Source: Octopus bimaculoides
Lineage: Eukaryota
NCBI RefSeq assembly: GCF_001194135.2
Contig: NC_068981.1
Location: forward strand, 193,651,137 to 193,690,404
Direction: 5' to 3'
DNA: 39,268 nt
In this document: one piece after another, positions 11,357 to 23,864 of the stretch
How positions within the stretch are numbered: position 1 is the stretch's first letter
Layout of the letters: the number at the start of each line of letters is the position of its first letter
Position numbers and translations under genes: made by a program
The notes under the pieces: model-generated
The model's database searches: none
Seen by the model: the letters and a program-made list of their open reading frames with translations, nothing else
Told to the model about the DNA's origin: nothing

Positions 11357-12036
11357 TTGCCGACAGGATAACCCCGCGGCTAAGGAGATGAAAACCCATA
11401 ATGAGGTAGAGGCCATTACCACTCACAATATGAAAGAGTATTGGTGGAATATCCCAATAAAAATCTCAATAAAGTGCAGACATAATAGACCGGATATAGT
11501 AATTTGGGACAGAGAAGAGAAACTCTGTACAGTAGTAGAAATCAGCTGTCCTGCGGATATCAACATCCCACTAAAGATTAGAGAAAAAGAGAACAACTAC
11601 GCCGAGCTACTGAGAAATTTGCAGATACTCCACCCAGACTACAAGTTCAGATTCATACCCTTGATTGCTGGGGCATTGGGATATGTAACAAACTGCCTGA
11701 ACAAAAACCTGGAAAAATTAGGGTTCTCAAAACCTGAAAGAAAAAGGCTGATTAGAAGACTACAGATTCAAGCCATCAATGGAACTGTAAAGATATGTAA
11801 AACTTTCCAAAAATTTAGCACATAAATACATATGCATGCATCTAGACATAAAAACGCATCCATAAAACAAACATACAAATCTGCGCATACACTAACACCA
11901 AATACTGCACACACACACATATGCACAAATACCTAGATGATGTTGATAAACGTTCCAATGAAGGAGCCTTGAATCTATGTTAGAGTCCGGCTCTTTCTCT
12001 ATGGACAAGAAATACAGAAATGAAACTGATTGATAA
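11357..12036 (+). mobile_element. 5'-truncated R2/R4-type LINE: RLE domain plus 3' UTR
   Basis: Open frame WWNIPIK...RHNRPDIVIWD...VVEISCP...KENNY...IPLIAGALG (PD-(D/E)xK RLE), stop at 11825; (TACA)n on both flanks. Confidence 0.9.
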
Positions 12037-12112
12037 CATACATACATACATACATAGAGGTAAATTATGCTGATAGACAAATTAGATATGTTAAATATAA
12101 TAGTTTGAGTAT

Positions 12113-12520
12113 GAGTGGCTGTGTGGTAAGTAGCTTGCTTACCAACCACATGGTTCTGGGTTCAGTCCCACAGAGTGGCACCTTAGGCAAGTGTCTTCTA
12201 CTATAGTCTCGGGTCGACCAGAGCCTTGTGAGTGGATTTGGTAGACGGAAACTGAAAGAAGCCTGTCGTATATATATGTATATGTGTATATATGTATGTG
12301 TATGTATATGTTTGTGCGTCTGTGTTTGTCCCCCTAACATCGCTTGACAACCGATGCTGGTGTGTTAATGTCCCCGTAACTTAGCAGTTCGGCAAAAAGA
12401 CCGATAGAATAAGTACTAGGCTTACAAAGAATATGTCCTAGGGTCGATTTGCTCGACTAAAGGCGATGCCCTAGCATGGCCGCAGTCGACTGAAACAAGT
12501 AAAAGAGAGTAAAAGAGAGT
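12113..12520 (+). mobile_element. SINE family B, full length
   Basis: GTGGCTGTGTGGTAAG head, GGGTTCAGTCCC B box, internal (TA/TG)n, AGTAAAAG tail. Confidence 0.9.
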
Positions 12521-13820
12521 ATGTATACATGCAAAACGAGAGAAACTTTCAGACGATGAATATTTAAGTATAAATATATAGATATTTATATTAATACATC
12601 CAACTTACGCAAAGCGCAAACAACCAAATAAATTAAAGGGGTGGAAGAAAAGTGTTATAAGTCCAACAGCTGTTTCTGGGGGCTTGGAGATCTATAATAA
12701 TGTTGGTGGACGTAGTTCATCACAATATGAGGCCGCAATGGATACAATCAACATTGGATGGGTAGAGAAGCTCTTATATTTCAGAAGAAAGTTGTTATAA
12801 GTCCAACAGCTGTTTCTGGGGGCTCGGACATCCATTTTGTAGTTCATACCAAAACTATCATATTTAATGTATCTAATTTGTTTACCACATAATTTGCTTT
12901 TATATCCATTCAACTTGATTCCTCTTATAGCCGTTCTTTACCTTTGGAATCGATCCCCTGTAACGACATCGGAGTCAAAGTTTGAATCTTTTCAGCACTA
13001 TTAAGTGTTTTCTATACTTTGCATCGCATCTGTGGACTATATACATTACAAATATATGTGTGCGTGTAATATATATATATATATATATATANNNNNNNNN
13101 NNNNNNNNNNNNNNNNNNNNNNNNNNNNNNNNNNNNNNNNNNNNNNNNNNNNNNNNNNNNNNNNNNNNNNNNNNNNNNNNNNNNNNNNNNNNNNNNNNNN
13201 NNNNNNNNNNNNNNNNNNNNNNNNNNNNNNNNNNNNNNNNNNNNNNNNNNNNNNNNNNNNNNNNNNNNNNNNNNNNNNNNNNNNNNNNNNNNNNNNNNNN
13301 NNNNNNNNNNNNNNNNNNNNNNNNNNNNNNNNNNNNNNNNNNNNNNNNNNNNNNNNNNNNNNNNNNNNNNNNNNNNNNNNNNNNNNNNNNNNNNNNNNNN
13401 NNNNNNNNNNNNNNNNNNNNNNNNNNNNNNNNNNNNNNNNNNNNNNNNNNNNNNNNNNNNNNNNNNNNNNNNNNNNNNNNNNNNNNNNNNNNNNNNNNNN
13501 NNNNNNNNNNNNNNNNNNNNNACGTCGTATCCAATTAATTAAAGGCAGGTTTGTCTTTGCTTTTCTCTTCTGTTTTTTGTTCTGTGTGTGCCATAAATAT
13601 CGCCATCCGTTAGAGAAAAAATTTGTAGTTTGGAATCAGTAGTTCTTTGACTGCTATTTCTAAATTTTCAGTATGTTGGAGAAGCAACTCAAGCTAATCC
13701 CTGTATATTTATGATTATAAATGGTTTTACCGATAAAGGTTTTTTCATACTGAGCTACTCGGCAAAATTGTTAATTATTAATTTTATTACTAATTGACGA
13801 TTCTCTGCCCTATATCTGTA

Positions 13821-13856
<36 letters not shown>

Positions 13857-13889
13857 TGTATGTATGTATGTATGTATATGCATGTATAT

Positions 13890-14045
13890 ACATGACGGAT
13901 TTCTTTCAGTTTTTGTCTTCTAGATCTACTCACAAGGCTTTGGTCGACCCGAGGCTATAGTAGAAGTCATTCGCCCAAGATGACTGAACCCAGACCCATG
14001 TGGTTGGAAAGCAAGCTTCTTACCACACAACCACGCCTGTGCCTC
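13890..14045 (-). mobile_element. SINE family B 5' half, adjoining (TATG)n
   Basis: Reverse complement of the family head and core. Confidence 0.8.
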
Positions 14046-14389
14046 CACACAGCTACGCCTATAAATATAAACATACATGTGTATGTGTATGCATGCATAT
14101 ATAATTGCCTGTGTCTATGTCCGTATGAGTCTGTATAATACATACAAGCATTTTATGGCGACGAAAAGCAACAGCGATCGGCCATTCGTATTCGAATCTT
14201 CCAGTACACATCAAGAATGTATAAATAGGTTGCTTTCTGGTTTCTCGCACGTCTGCCTTTACCCAGTGAATTACGAAGCTTTTCTGTTCTATAACAAAGA
14301 CCAACACCTTGGTAGACCAGTAGACAGCGCCACACAGAACAGAACCAAATAGAAAAATCTTTTTCCAGTTTCCTACATAAACCCCCCGG

Positions 14390-14775
14390 TGGAGGAGCAA
14401 TGGCCCAGTGGTTAGGGCAGCGGACTCGCGGTCATAGGATCGCTGTTTCGATTCCCAGACCGGGCGTTGTGAGTGTTTATTGAGCGAAAACACCTAAAGC
14501 TCCACGAGGCTCCGGCAGGGGATGGTGGCGAACCCTGCTGTACTCTTTCACCACAACTTTCTCTCACTCTTACTTCCTGTTTCTGTTGTGCCTGTAATTC
14601 AAAGGGTCAGCCTTGTCACACTGTGTCACGCTGAATATCCCCGAGAACTACGTTAAGGGTACACGTGTCTGTGGAGTGCTCAGCCACTTGCACGTTAATT
14701 TCACGAGCAGGCTGTTCCCTTGATCCGATCAACTGGAACCTTCGACGTCGTAAGCGACGGAGTGCCAACAACAAC
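14390..14775 (+). mobile_element. tRNA-derived SINE, family C
   Basis: GCAATGGCCCAGTGGTTAGGGCAGCGGACTC (A box), GTTTCGATTCCC (B box), (ACA)n tail; core TGTAATTCAAAG...GTCACGCTG also seen at about 36040-36082. Confidence 0.85.
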
Positions 14776-16599
14776 ACAAAACCCCTGCTGGAGAAACGTG
14801 GCTATAGTGTGATTCTGCAGTTTACTTCAAACAGCTTCGAATAACTCATTAACCGATGCCTGCTGTAAAGGACAAACCTAGTTATGGAAATTTCCTATGG
14901 CCCTTCTCTCTATCCTTTGTATTTCTAAGTTAATTCAGTATTAAATGGTAATATTTACTTCCCATTTTGAGTGGACGTTGTGTCATAACGCAGAATACTG
15001 CGTGGTTTACTATGAGAGAACCTCTGGTATGGACTCATTGACGAGTGAATATGCTTGGAGTCTGCCATCGACAAGCCCAAAGAAGTCCGAAATGACATGA
15101 TCTAGCAGTTTCGGCGATCGCAGAGAACGTTTATCGCCCGTCAGTGATATAAACACAAGTGCTTATTTGCACCACGAGTCCATATCTGGTAAATAACACA
15201 GGATTTTGTGTTCTAACACAACTTCCCACTTGAAGTGGGAGATAAAGATTATCTTTTGGTATTAATACTGCTTTTGTCGTTGTTATTTTTAATTGAGTAT
15301 TAATTTGTGAAAACGTGAATTCAGTGAAACTTCTCGCTATAAGTACAACAAATTGTGTAAACTTGGGTACGCAGTTTTCTAGTAAAAATTAAAACATTGA
15401 ATTAATAATTATTCATGTAGAAAGGACATTGATGAGATCTTGAATAGCGACGAAATGACTTTGTCAAACCTAACTGGGTGATTGGTAGATTGATTGATTG
15501 ATGACTGATTGATTGACCAAACGATTAAACAAACAATCGGTCAATTAACTGGTTAAATAGTTAACCAACTGACAAATAAATTAAGTGAAGTAGACCCTAT
15601 TGGCATATTGACCCTCCCAACATACAACACGACAATAAACTAATGTTTTGAGAGTTCTTGTCTTTTCTCTTTTGGGTTTTCTCAAGAACAACATTAACAA
15701 TCACTTTACTTGTGTATGTATGTATGTATGTATATATGTATGTATGTATGTATGTATGTACACAGCCATGACGGAAATAAATAGACACCCTTTTAATCGT
15801 TAAAATTTAAATCTGAAATTATACATTCAAATTATTTAGTAATTATTATAATGTAAATATCTAATATTTAGTAGACACTTTTAAATGCAAAGACCCTATT
15901 AGGTAAACTACTGGTCAGATGACTAATAGTCTCTTGTATGTATGTATGTACGTACACCTGCATGTATGTGTATACATATATATAACTGTGTTTGTATGTA
16001 TATGTGAGCGTGTGTGTCTTTGAGGTGGTGCTCCAACATGGTCGCAGTCTAATTATTGAAACAAGTAAAAGATAATATATTTACATACAATATGGTAATG
16101 TTTCAATGATAAATACAGACGAAATACAGCTAAGCATTTCGCCCGACGTGCTTACTAATATTTTTTTAACGCTGAGAGCACATTTGAAAGAGACCCTTAA
16201 GTTGTGTTTATTAAACAAGCGCTTGTATCTATGTGACTCAGTGAAGTGATTGTTCACTAATCTAAGGGATATTCTTCCCACGCAAGATTTTTCCTGATCG
16301 AAAGAGCAAGAATACAGAAAAACTCACTTGACTCAGAGACCTTTGTAAACTCCAAAGAGATGTTTTGTCAGTGCCCTCATCAGAGGAAATTCATGTTGAA
16401 AACACGGAATCCCCCATTTGCCGACTAGGGAAATTCTACCACCTTCACACGTCTTCGGAAGAGGTTGTGGACGTAACTGGGGCTGATTTAAGTGGAGTAA
16501 CCTCGCCTCGCCCAAGGATTTGCAAGTAGAGTTTTGTTCCTGAATTTTTCGTTTTAAAAAATTAACTGATCATGACGTTTTCTTCCCTCCAGTTACAGA

Positions 16600-17200
16600 G
16601 AGGTTATGCACCTCAAGCCATTTGAGTCTGGCGAGTCGGCTATACAGCCACACGAGATTTCTTCTTTATGCATACAATATACGGAAGGCCGAAATTGAAC
16701 GAGATTTTGTCAGTTAAATTAAAGAAAATTGCTTCATATCAAATAAAATGCTAGATAGAAATCTAGGGAATTGACAATCCTTTTTCACTTCATATATCTT
16801 ATTTACTCTTCTCATTTTTTCTTCTTTTGTTGTTGTTTTTTGTGTTTAAGGATGATTCGGCTTGTCATCAAAAAGATTAACTGCACCATTCTATTTTTAC
16901 GATACTGCGCCCGTTCCCATTTACTTGAACTTGCTGCGACAATCTATCTTGCCAAGCATTCGAGAGGACTTTGAAGATATAGAGTTTTATTTCCAGCAAA
17001 ATGGAACTCTCTCACACAACCGTACTAGTGTAAGGGCCTACTTTGATAAGATTTTGTCAAACAGATGGAGCGGACGACGAAGGTTCAGTGGAATGCATCT
17101 GTGTTTATCGGATCTCACAGCACTAGACATTTTTGTGAGAGATGCTCAACAGATAAAATTTAAGTTACAAAACGAATGAAGAGCAGAATGTATTTAAATA
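16600..17200 (+). mobile_element. Old Tc1/mariner-superfamily transposase remnant (maT/rosa-like)
   Basis: [11 protein letters not shown]...[16 protein letters not shown]...SDLTALDIF resembles FQQDGAPPH...FPNRWIGR...SPDLTPLDFF. Confidence 0.6.
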
Positions 17201-17262
17201 CCGAAAGAAGTGTCTTTTTTGGTGTTTGCGATTCCATAGATAGATAGATAGATAGATAGATA

Positions 17263-20200
17263 TCATTTTATTATGGTCACACAGGGCTAGATGCAGAAAA
17301 TGGACAAAATACAATGTAGAGCTTTTCTTTTGGGGGGAAGGGGGAGGATTTCGATCAAAAGGGATCGTGGAAAGAAAAAAAAAGGAAAAAAAGGAGAAAT
17401 AGGAAAGCCGATCAATAGGGATCGTGTATCACAGTCAATGTAAAACATGGGGAACAGATTAGGTTTTTCCGTGGAGAGAAAAGCCTACGGAAAAGACCAC
17501 GGTCACCTCAGGTTATTTTTTTTTAACGGTACAGAAAAGTAAGTACCTTTTCTCTCGTTTTCTCTTTTCGTTACAAATTTATGCTTAAACTGGTGTCGTC
17601 TTTCGTACTTACCATTCTTGCCACGTTTACCCATTTTTTATTGAAACATTCATTCGATAGCACTTTCCTCTCTATTCTCATCCTACTTTTCAAGTGGTAC
17701 TTGAAAAAGTTGACGAGAGACTGACCAGAGAGGAAAGTGTTTGCTTGTAAACCTTTCACACGCATTTTTTCGCCATAGCTATCAGTGTTACGAAAACTGT
17801 TTTTCCTTCCCGTTTAAAGGAAGGTGGCGGAACAATATTTACGATAGACTCGGTTGATAAGCGAACTCGTCCTACACGCGACAACAGCTGTTCGACGAAG
17901 GTCCACAGGTCTGAAATATCTGGACACTGCACGAGTACGTGCAGAACGGTTTCGTCGCTCTGACCGTATCTCGGGCAGGTCGGTCCGGTGGTTTTCGAAC
18001 CGTGTCTGTAGAACTTCTCTCGAACTGGTAGTGCGTCCTGATAGCATTGCCAAGCCAGGGATCTCTGGAAGTTATCCATAGGCCCCGGCCCGAACTCGTC
18101 CTGAAAAGGTGGGTTAGGAATTTCTCGTCGACACCCAGGTTTGCCCCGAGAGTGTCGTCGGACCTCCCCTCCACTAGTCCTCTATAGAACGCATTGGTTN
18201 NNNNNNNNNNNNNNNNNNNNNNNNNNNNNNNNNNNNNNNNNNNNNNNNNNNNNNNNNNNNNNNNNNNNNNNNNNNNNNNNNNNNNNNNNNNNNNNNNNNN
18301 NNNNNNNNNNNNNNNNNNNNNNNNNNNNNNNNNNNNNNNNNNNNNNNNNNNNNNNNNNNNNNNNNNNNNNNNNNNNNNNNNNNNNNNNNNNNNNNNNNNN
18401 NNNNNNNNNNNNNNNNNNNNNNNNNNNNNNNNNNNNNNNNNNNNNNTATACGCATTTGCCACCTCCGCCCGACCCTTTAGAGACAGCTTCCTCTCGGCCC
18501 ATGTTTGGCTGAGAGTGACCACTCTACTCGTGATCTCGTCCACGTTCTTATCCATTTGGAGGTCCGGACCGAACCAGACCCAGAGCAGTTTAACCGGTCC
18601 GTCGGTCCAGCGTCCCACTACAGAGTCGCTGTTGGACGGTATGGGCTTGCTTCTCCAGGTGCCGAGTAACAAACCCACTGACTTTTCCGAGTTAATTTTT
18701 GCTCCCGTCACCGTTTCGTATGCTTTAAGTGTCTCGCCTAGCAGCTCGATGTGCTCTTGGCTCGACGCTATGACGGTGACATCGTCCGCATATGCTGATA
18801 TGCTTGTCCCGCAACCCAGCTCCCGTGGGATTCCCCTCAGTGTCGCCAGCTTCCGCAGTAGTGGCTCGAGAGTCAATACATACAGAAGCGCCGACAGGGG
18901 ACATCCCTGACGGACCGAACGCGTGATGTCGAACGGTTTTGACAGGTGATCGTTTACCCGAATTACCGATCGGATGCCGCTATACAAGGCAGCGATCCAA
19001 CCGCGGAAGACGGGACCAAAGCCAGCCGCCCTGAGGACGGCCGCCAGGTATTGATGGTCGACCCTATCGAAAGCTTTAGATTGATCCAAATTGATCAGCG
19101 CCCCACCCATGCNNNNNNNNNNGTCATGGATGCCTCTGCATGGCACGGCGCATGTTTGCGCCTTGTCGACCAGTTTATCGATGACAAGCGCCAACCTCTC
19201 GGCTATTACTTTGGCCAAAATTTTCAAATCTGCGTTGAGCAGAGTGATGGGCCTGAAATTATCTATAAAATTCCCCTTGTTTGGGTCTTTCTTTAGCAAA
19301 GCCACTGCACCTCGGCTCACGAAACCGGAGATTTTCCCGTTTTGTTGCCAGTTGCAGTAGACTGATGCCAAGAGGTCGCCAAACAAGTCTGGCATTTGGC
19401 AATACAGCTCGTAGGGTAGACCGTCCAATCCAGGCGACTTATCCCTCGCGCAGCCCACCATCGCATCCCTTACTTCAGCAGCTGTGATGGGACCCTCATA
19501 ACACTCTGCTTCTCTTGCTGAGAGCCGCGGCAGGCCGGTCAGGTAGGCACTGAAGTCCATCCTGCGTTCCGACCCACCACTCGCACCAAACAGTCGACTA
19601 AAGTGCTGTTTAAAGGCCTCATACATCCTTTCGGGTTCGACTAAACTGCATCCCTGTTGATCTATTAGGGACCGAATGGTGGCTTTGTTGCCACGTTGCG
19701 CCTCCGCCACCCGGGCTTCTCACGCAGCTTCAATCCCTTCGTTCCTTAAGGCACGCATTTTAGCTCTAACGACGCAACCTTCGTGTTTCGCGTTGAGGTG
19801 TTGGTCGCGGGCCAATCTCGCGGCCAATACGTTGGTTGCGCTGCCAGTTGTAAGTGCCTCTTCTAATTTCTTAACTAAGTCCCCTTCTACTCTATTTCGA
19901 TCTATCACTAATTCTTTGCTAAACCTAATCGATTCCGATTTAATTGCCATTTTTAAAGCAAACCACCAACGGTCTTTAACGATGGCTCCTGTTAATGCCC
20001 TCTTAATTAACTCGCTAATTCGGTTCCTGTAAATCTGCCGTGCTAAGAGCGACGCGTTCAATTTCCAGTAACCGGGACCCTGCCTATGCGTCTTATCTAA
20101 GTCGAGTGTACAGGTCAGAAATTTGTGATCTGTGTAGCTGACTATTTTAAATTGTGGACATCCTACACTATCTCTATCCGCTGTCCTACATAGAACTCTA

Positions 20201-20640
20201 TCTAGATACGATCTCGACGATCCGACGCGGTTTGTCCAAGTCCACGTTGGCACATTCGGATGGTCGAGTCGGAACCTGTCAGACAAATGGAAACGTCTGA
20301 GCAGGTCTTTGAGGCACTTACATCCCCTTCTATTCCTATCCATTCCTACATAGTCTACATGCGTGTCCAAGGTAGCGTTCCAGTTCCCTACTAACAGTAA
20401 AGTCCGAGACGTTCCCAGAAAAACCTCTAGACGTCTGAAGAAATCCGCCCGACCCGTTAAGGACGGCGCATACACTGCCATCAGACGGAAAGCACACCCA
20501 TTTCTGCCATCGGTGTCCAAGACAACCAGCCTACCCTCCGGGTCTAGGAATATTGTTCTTACTTTTAGGTTTAGACTCTTCCGAAAAAGCACCGCGGTAC
20601 CACCACCACCTATGTTTGGCCGACAGGGAGAAAAATAAAT
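17263..20640 (-). mobile_element. 5'-truncated L1/Tx1-like LINE ORF2 (APE endonuclease, RT, C-terminal Cys/His domain) and 3' UTR
   Basis: AVYAP, YLDRVL, TDHK, WKLNASLL (EN); KSPGLDGLP, FRPITLLNADLKI, LDQSKAFDRVDH, VRQGCPLS, AYADDV (RT); TCPRYGQSDETVLHVLVQC (zinc-binding). AATAAA at 17267-17272 (minus strand), then (TATC)n. Confidence 0.95.
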
Positions 20641-20642
20641 GT

Positions 20643-21175
20643 CGAGATTCCGGGTTCAGTCCCACTGCATGACACCTTGGGCAAGTGTCTTCTACTATTG
20701 CCTCGGGCCGACCAAAGCCTTGTGAGTGGATTTGGTAGATGGAAACTGAAAGAAGCTCGTCGTGTATATATGTATATATATATATATATATATATAAATT
20801 CAAATTATAATAAACGTAAACAAACAAACGAAGTTTGCTTTTAGAACCGTTGAGATGTCTTAAAAAGTTAAAGAAGTGATTTTTAAATTCTCAAACGCAG
20901 GATAATGCTAATAATATAGCCTGAACAAGATAAGCTACCCCTATTTTGCAGAAAAAAGTGTTGGCGGCCAATATGTATGTATGTATCTATCTATGGTCGT
21001 CTCCCTACCATCGCTTGACAACCGATGTTGGTGTGTTCACGCCCCGTAATTTAGCGGTTCAATAAAAGAGACCGATAAAGTAAGTACTAGGCTTACAAAG
21101 AATAAGTCCTGCGGTCGATTTGTTCGACTAAAGGCGATGCTCCAGCATGTCCGCAAATGACTGAAACTAACAAAA
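20643..21175 (+). mobile_element. SINE family B split into two halves (20643-20775 and 20998-21175)
   Basis: Head/core and 3' half are separated by about 220 bp of unrelated AT-rich sequence at the internal microsatellite. Confidence 0.75.
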
Positions 21176-21326
21176 GAACATACCCACCACCATCATCTTC
21201 ATCGTCATTATCATTATTACCGTCGTCGTCAACTTAATGTCTTGCAATAGGATAACCGAACAATGTCCTTGCATGCTGGGTAACATATTCCTATAAACAT
21301 TATATAGCTTTTGAAAAAAGAACTAA

Positions 21327-21530
21327 GGTGGCGAGATGGCAGAATCGTTAGCAAAATGCTTAACGGTATCTCGTCCGTCTTTACGTTCTGAGTTCAAATC
21401 CCACCGAAGTCGACTTTGCTTTTCATCCTTTCGGGTTCGATGAAATAAGTACCAGTTACGTACTGAGGTCGATCTAATCGACCGGCCCCCACCCCAAAAT
21501 GTCAGGCTTTGTGCCTTTAGTAGAAAGGAT
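21327..21530 (+). mobile_element. SINE family A
   Basis: GGTGGCGAGATGGCAGAATCGTTAGC head, GAGTTCAAATCCC B box. Confidence 0.85.
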
Positions 21531-22009
21531 CATATTGTAGCTATAAAAAAGAATTTAAACTAGATATGATCGTTACGCCTTGCAAGCTGTTCATTTTAAT
21601 TGTAGGTTTCCTCACTCAGAAAGACTCGCGACCACCCAACAACAAACAATAAGAGCACAGCTAAATTCTTGATTCCTCACTCAAACATGAACATCTCATC
21701 ACGTCGCTATTCCTTATTGATACAAGTGATACTAGACACGTAGAAGCTGATTACATACCACATTTCACCTACCATATCCTGTACTAAACAGTTTGCATAA
21801 TCATTCCCTGCCATAACTATCCCAGTTAATGCGGCCCACTGAAATCAGCCGCGCCATTACCTGGTGGCAGATATGGACAATAAACATCTGTTACATGATT
21901 CAAACTTGCATCGGACTGCAACAAAGGTCATTAGATTGTCAGTCCTTATTTTTGATGAGTTAATGAAATGAAAAAAATTGCCAAAAGTCTTACACAAGTC
22001 ATTGCATAT

Positions 22010-22450
22010 GTATTATTACTGCTTCTAGATGTGTACAAATTGAGAATGTTGCGAATGTTGTTTCAATGTTCGATATTTGGGATTGTTACTACTATGCTTA
22101 GTGTTCATAATTTTAAGATACTGAGAATGTCTGGGTATTCGCAATTTGGGGACGTTGTTTACAATCTTCAGTTGTTGCTAATACATCTAGATGTTTACAA
22201 TCTGCAGTTGTTGCTAATGTACCTATATGCTTACAATTTGGCACTGACTAGATATTCATAACTTAAAGTTGTTGCAAATTTTTCAAGATGTTTTTTTTTA
22301 AAATTTGGAGATGTTGCTAATGTGTTTAGATGTTCACTTTGCGAGATTTTTGCATGAAGATTATAAATATTCACAATTCAGGTTTATTGCTAATGTGCCT
22401 AGACGTTTAGAAGAAATGGAGATGTTGCTGTTGTGCTAATGTGATAATAT
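22010..22450. repeat. Degenerate 36-bp minisatellite
   Basis: Recurrent unit close to TAGATGTTTACAATCTGCAGTTGTTGCTAATGTACC; best-preserved pair at about 22150-22225. Confidence 0.7.
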
Positions 22451-22613
22451 GTTCACAAGCTGAGGCCAATTTGCTCGTAGCCTGCAGCAGCTACAAATAG
22501 AGTTTTTGGCTTCGTTAGGCTCTTTTTCAATATGAAGAGTTTGTTTAAAATTAGTTATGCTCTATGTGAAAGTCAGTCTATAGTTGCTCGCGTGTTATTA
22601 TGTATATGCGTTA

Positions 22614-22661
<48 letters not shown>

Positions 22662-23864
22662 ATGTTACGCGTGTGTGTATTGTGTCTTTACGATGGAAAG
22701 GGTGTTAACTTAATGATTTTAAATTAGATGTTGACACATGTTATACATGAACTGTTCTTATCTGATTTTCATATCGTATTGTTGTTGTTGTTGCTATTTT
22801 ATGAAATGCATATGGAGGTGTATCGATGAGAGAAAAATCAATGAATATAAGCAGTAAGTAGATGCTATTTACATATGTAATATCATCTCGATTCTTTTAA
22901 CTCACTTAAATCTGTTGCTTGAGGGTTGGGTGTATGGTGGTGGTCTGAGTTGATTAATGAAAATGTGTTTCTTGGGCTACGTGAAGAAGTAACTGAACAA
23001 CACTGGTGAGCTGTTAACACGAGATTTAATTGTCGTACATAAAGACAAAATGCGTTGGCCTTTTACAGACGACAACAGTAATAATTAGATACAGGGAGAG
23101 AAGGAAAAAATGGACCGCATTTGAAGATGTTATTTATAAGATATTGTATGAATGTTTAGTTAAGACTGTCCAAGAATCTGGAGACGTCGGCGCAAATATC
23201 TGGAACTATCTGATGTGGCAAGAATGGAGGCACATATCGTTCAGCTGCATCAATATTCTGCAGTTAATTACCGCCAAAAGTAGCTTTTTATAGGGCACAA
23301 GAAGATTTTAGAAGATTGACTCACCTGATTGCTTGACGCTGATTAGTTGTTTGATAGCCAGATTACATGAAACCCCATACGCATATATAAAGATACAAAT
23401 CTGAACAGAAAGGAGATTTTTAAGAAGGTATTCAGATTTAGAAATATAATCAGAAAATACGAAGATGTGAGATCGATAAAATGCAAGTGAATTACTACTG
23501 AGGAGGATTTAACCAAACTGCTCCAACTTGGTCACGTATCAATGTCCAACCACTCATATTACAGCAGTCGCTATAATATAATGAGGTCATGCGTCGCTGT
23601 CCACCCACCGAACGGAGTGCAGCAATGAAATATGCTATTCACATGATCGTTGTTGTAAAGATTGAAATGCCGTCCTATATTCGAGTAGAAGAATGAAACT
23701 AGGTATTATTCACATGGTCAGTAGAGTACTGACTGAGATGTCATATTTTACCGGATCGAAGAAGGTTTTATTCTTATCTTTTGCACAGAAGGGTGTCCGT
23801 TTGATTGACCAACCCACACGCTATTCTTTAACCATTTCACCTTCGTTATTTTTTGTTTACCATC

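Noticed and set aside
7902-13542. Long ORFs containing X runs
   Set aside because: Artefacts of reading through N gaps and (TA)n/(TATG)n.
22960-23700. Possible decayed transposase or exon (ORF 23030-23293)
   Set aside because: No diagnostic motif I can support; multiple stops in all frames.
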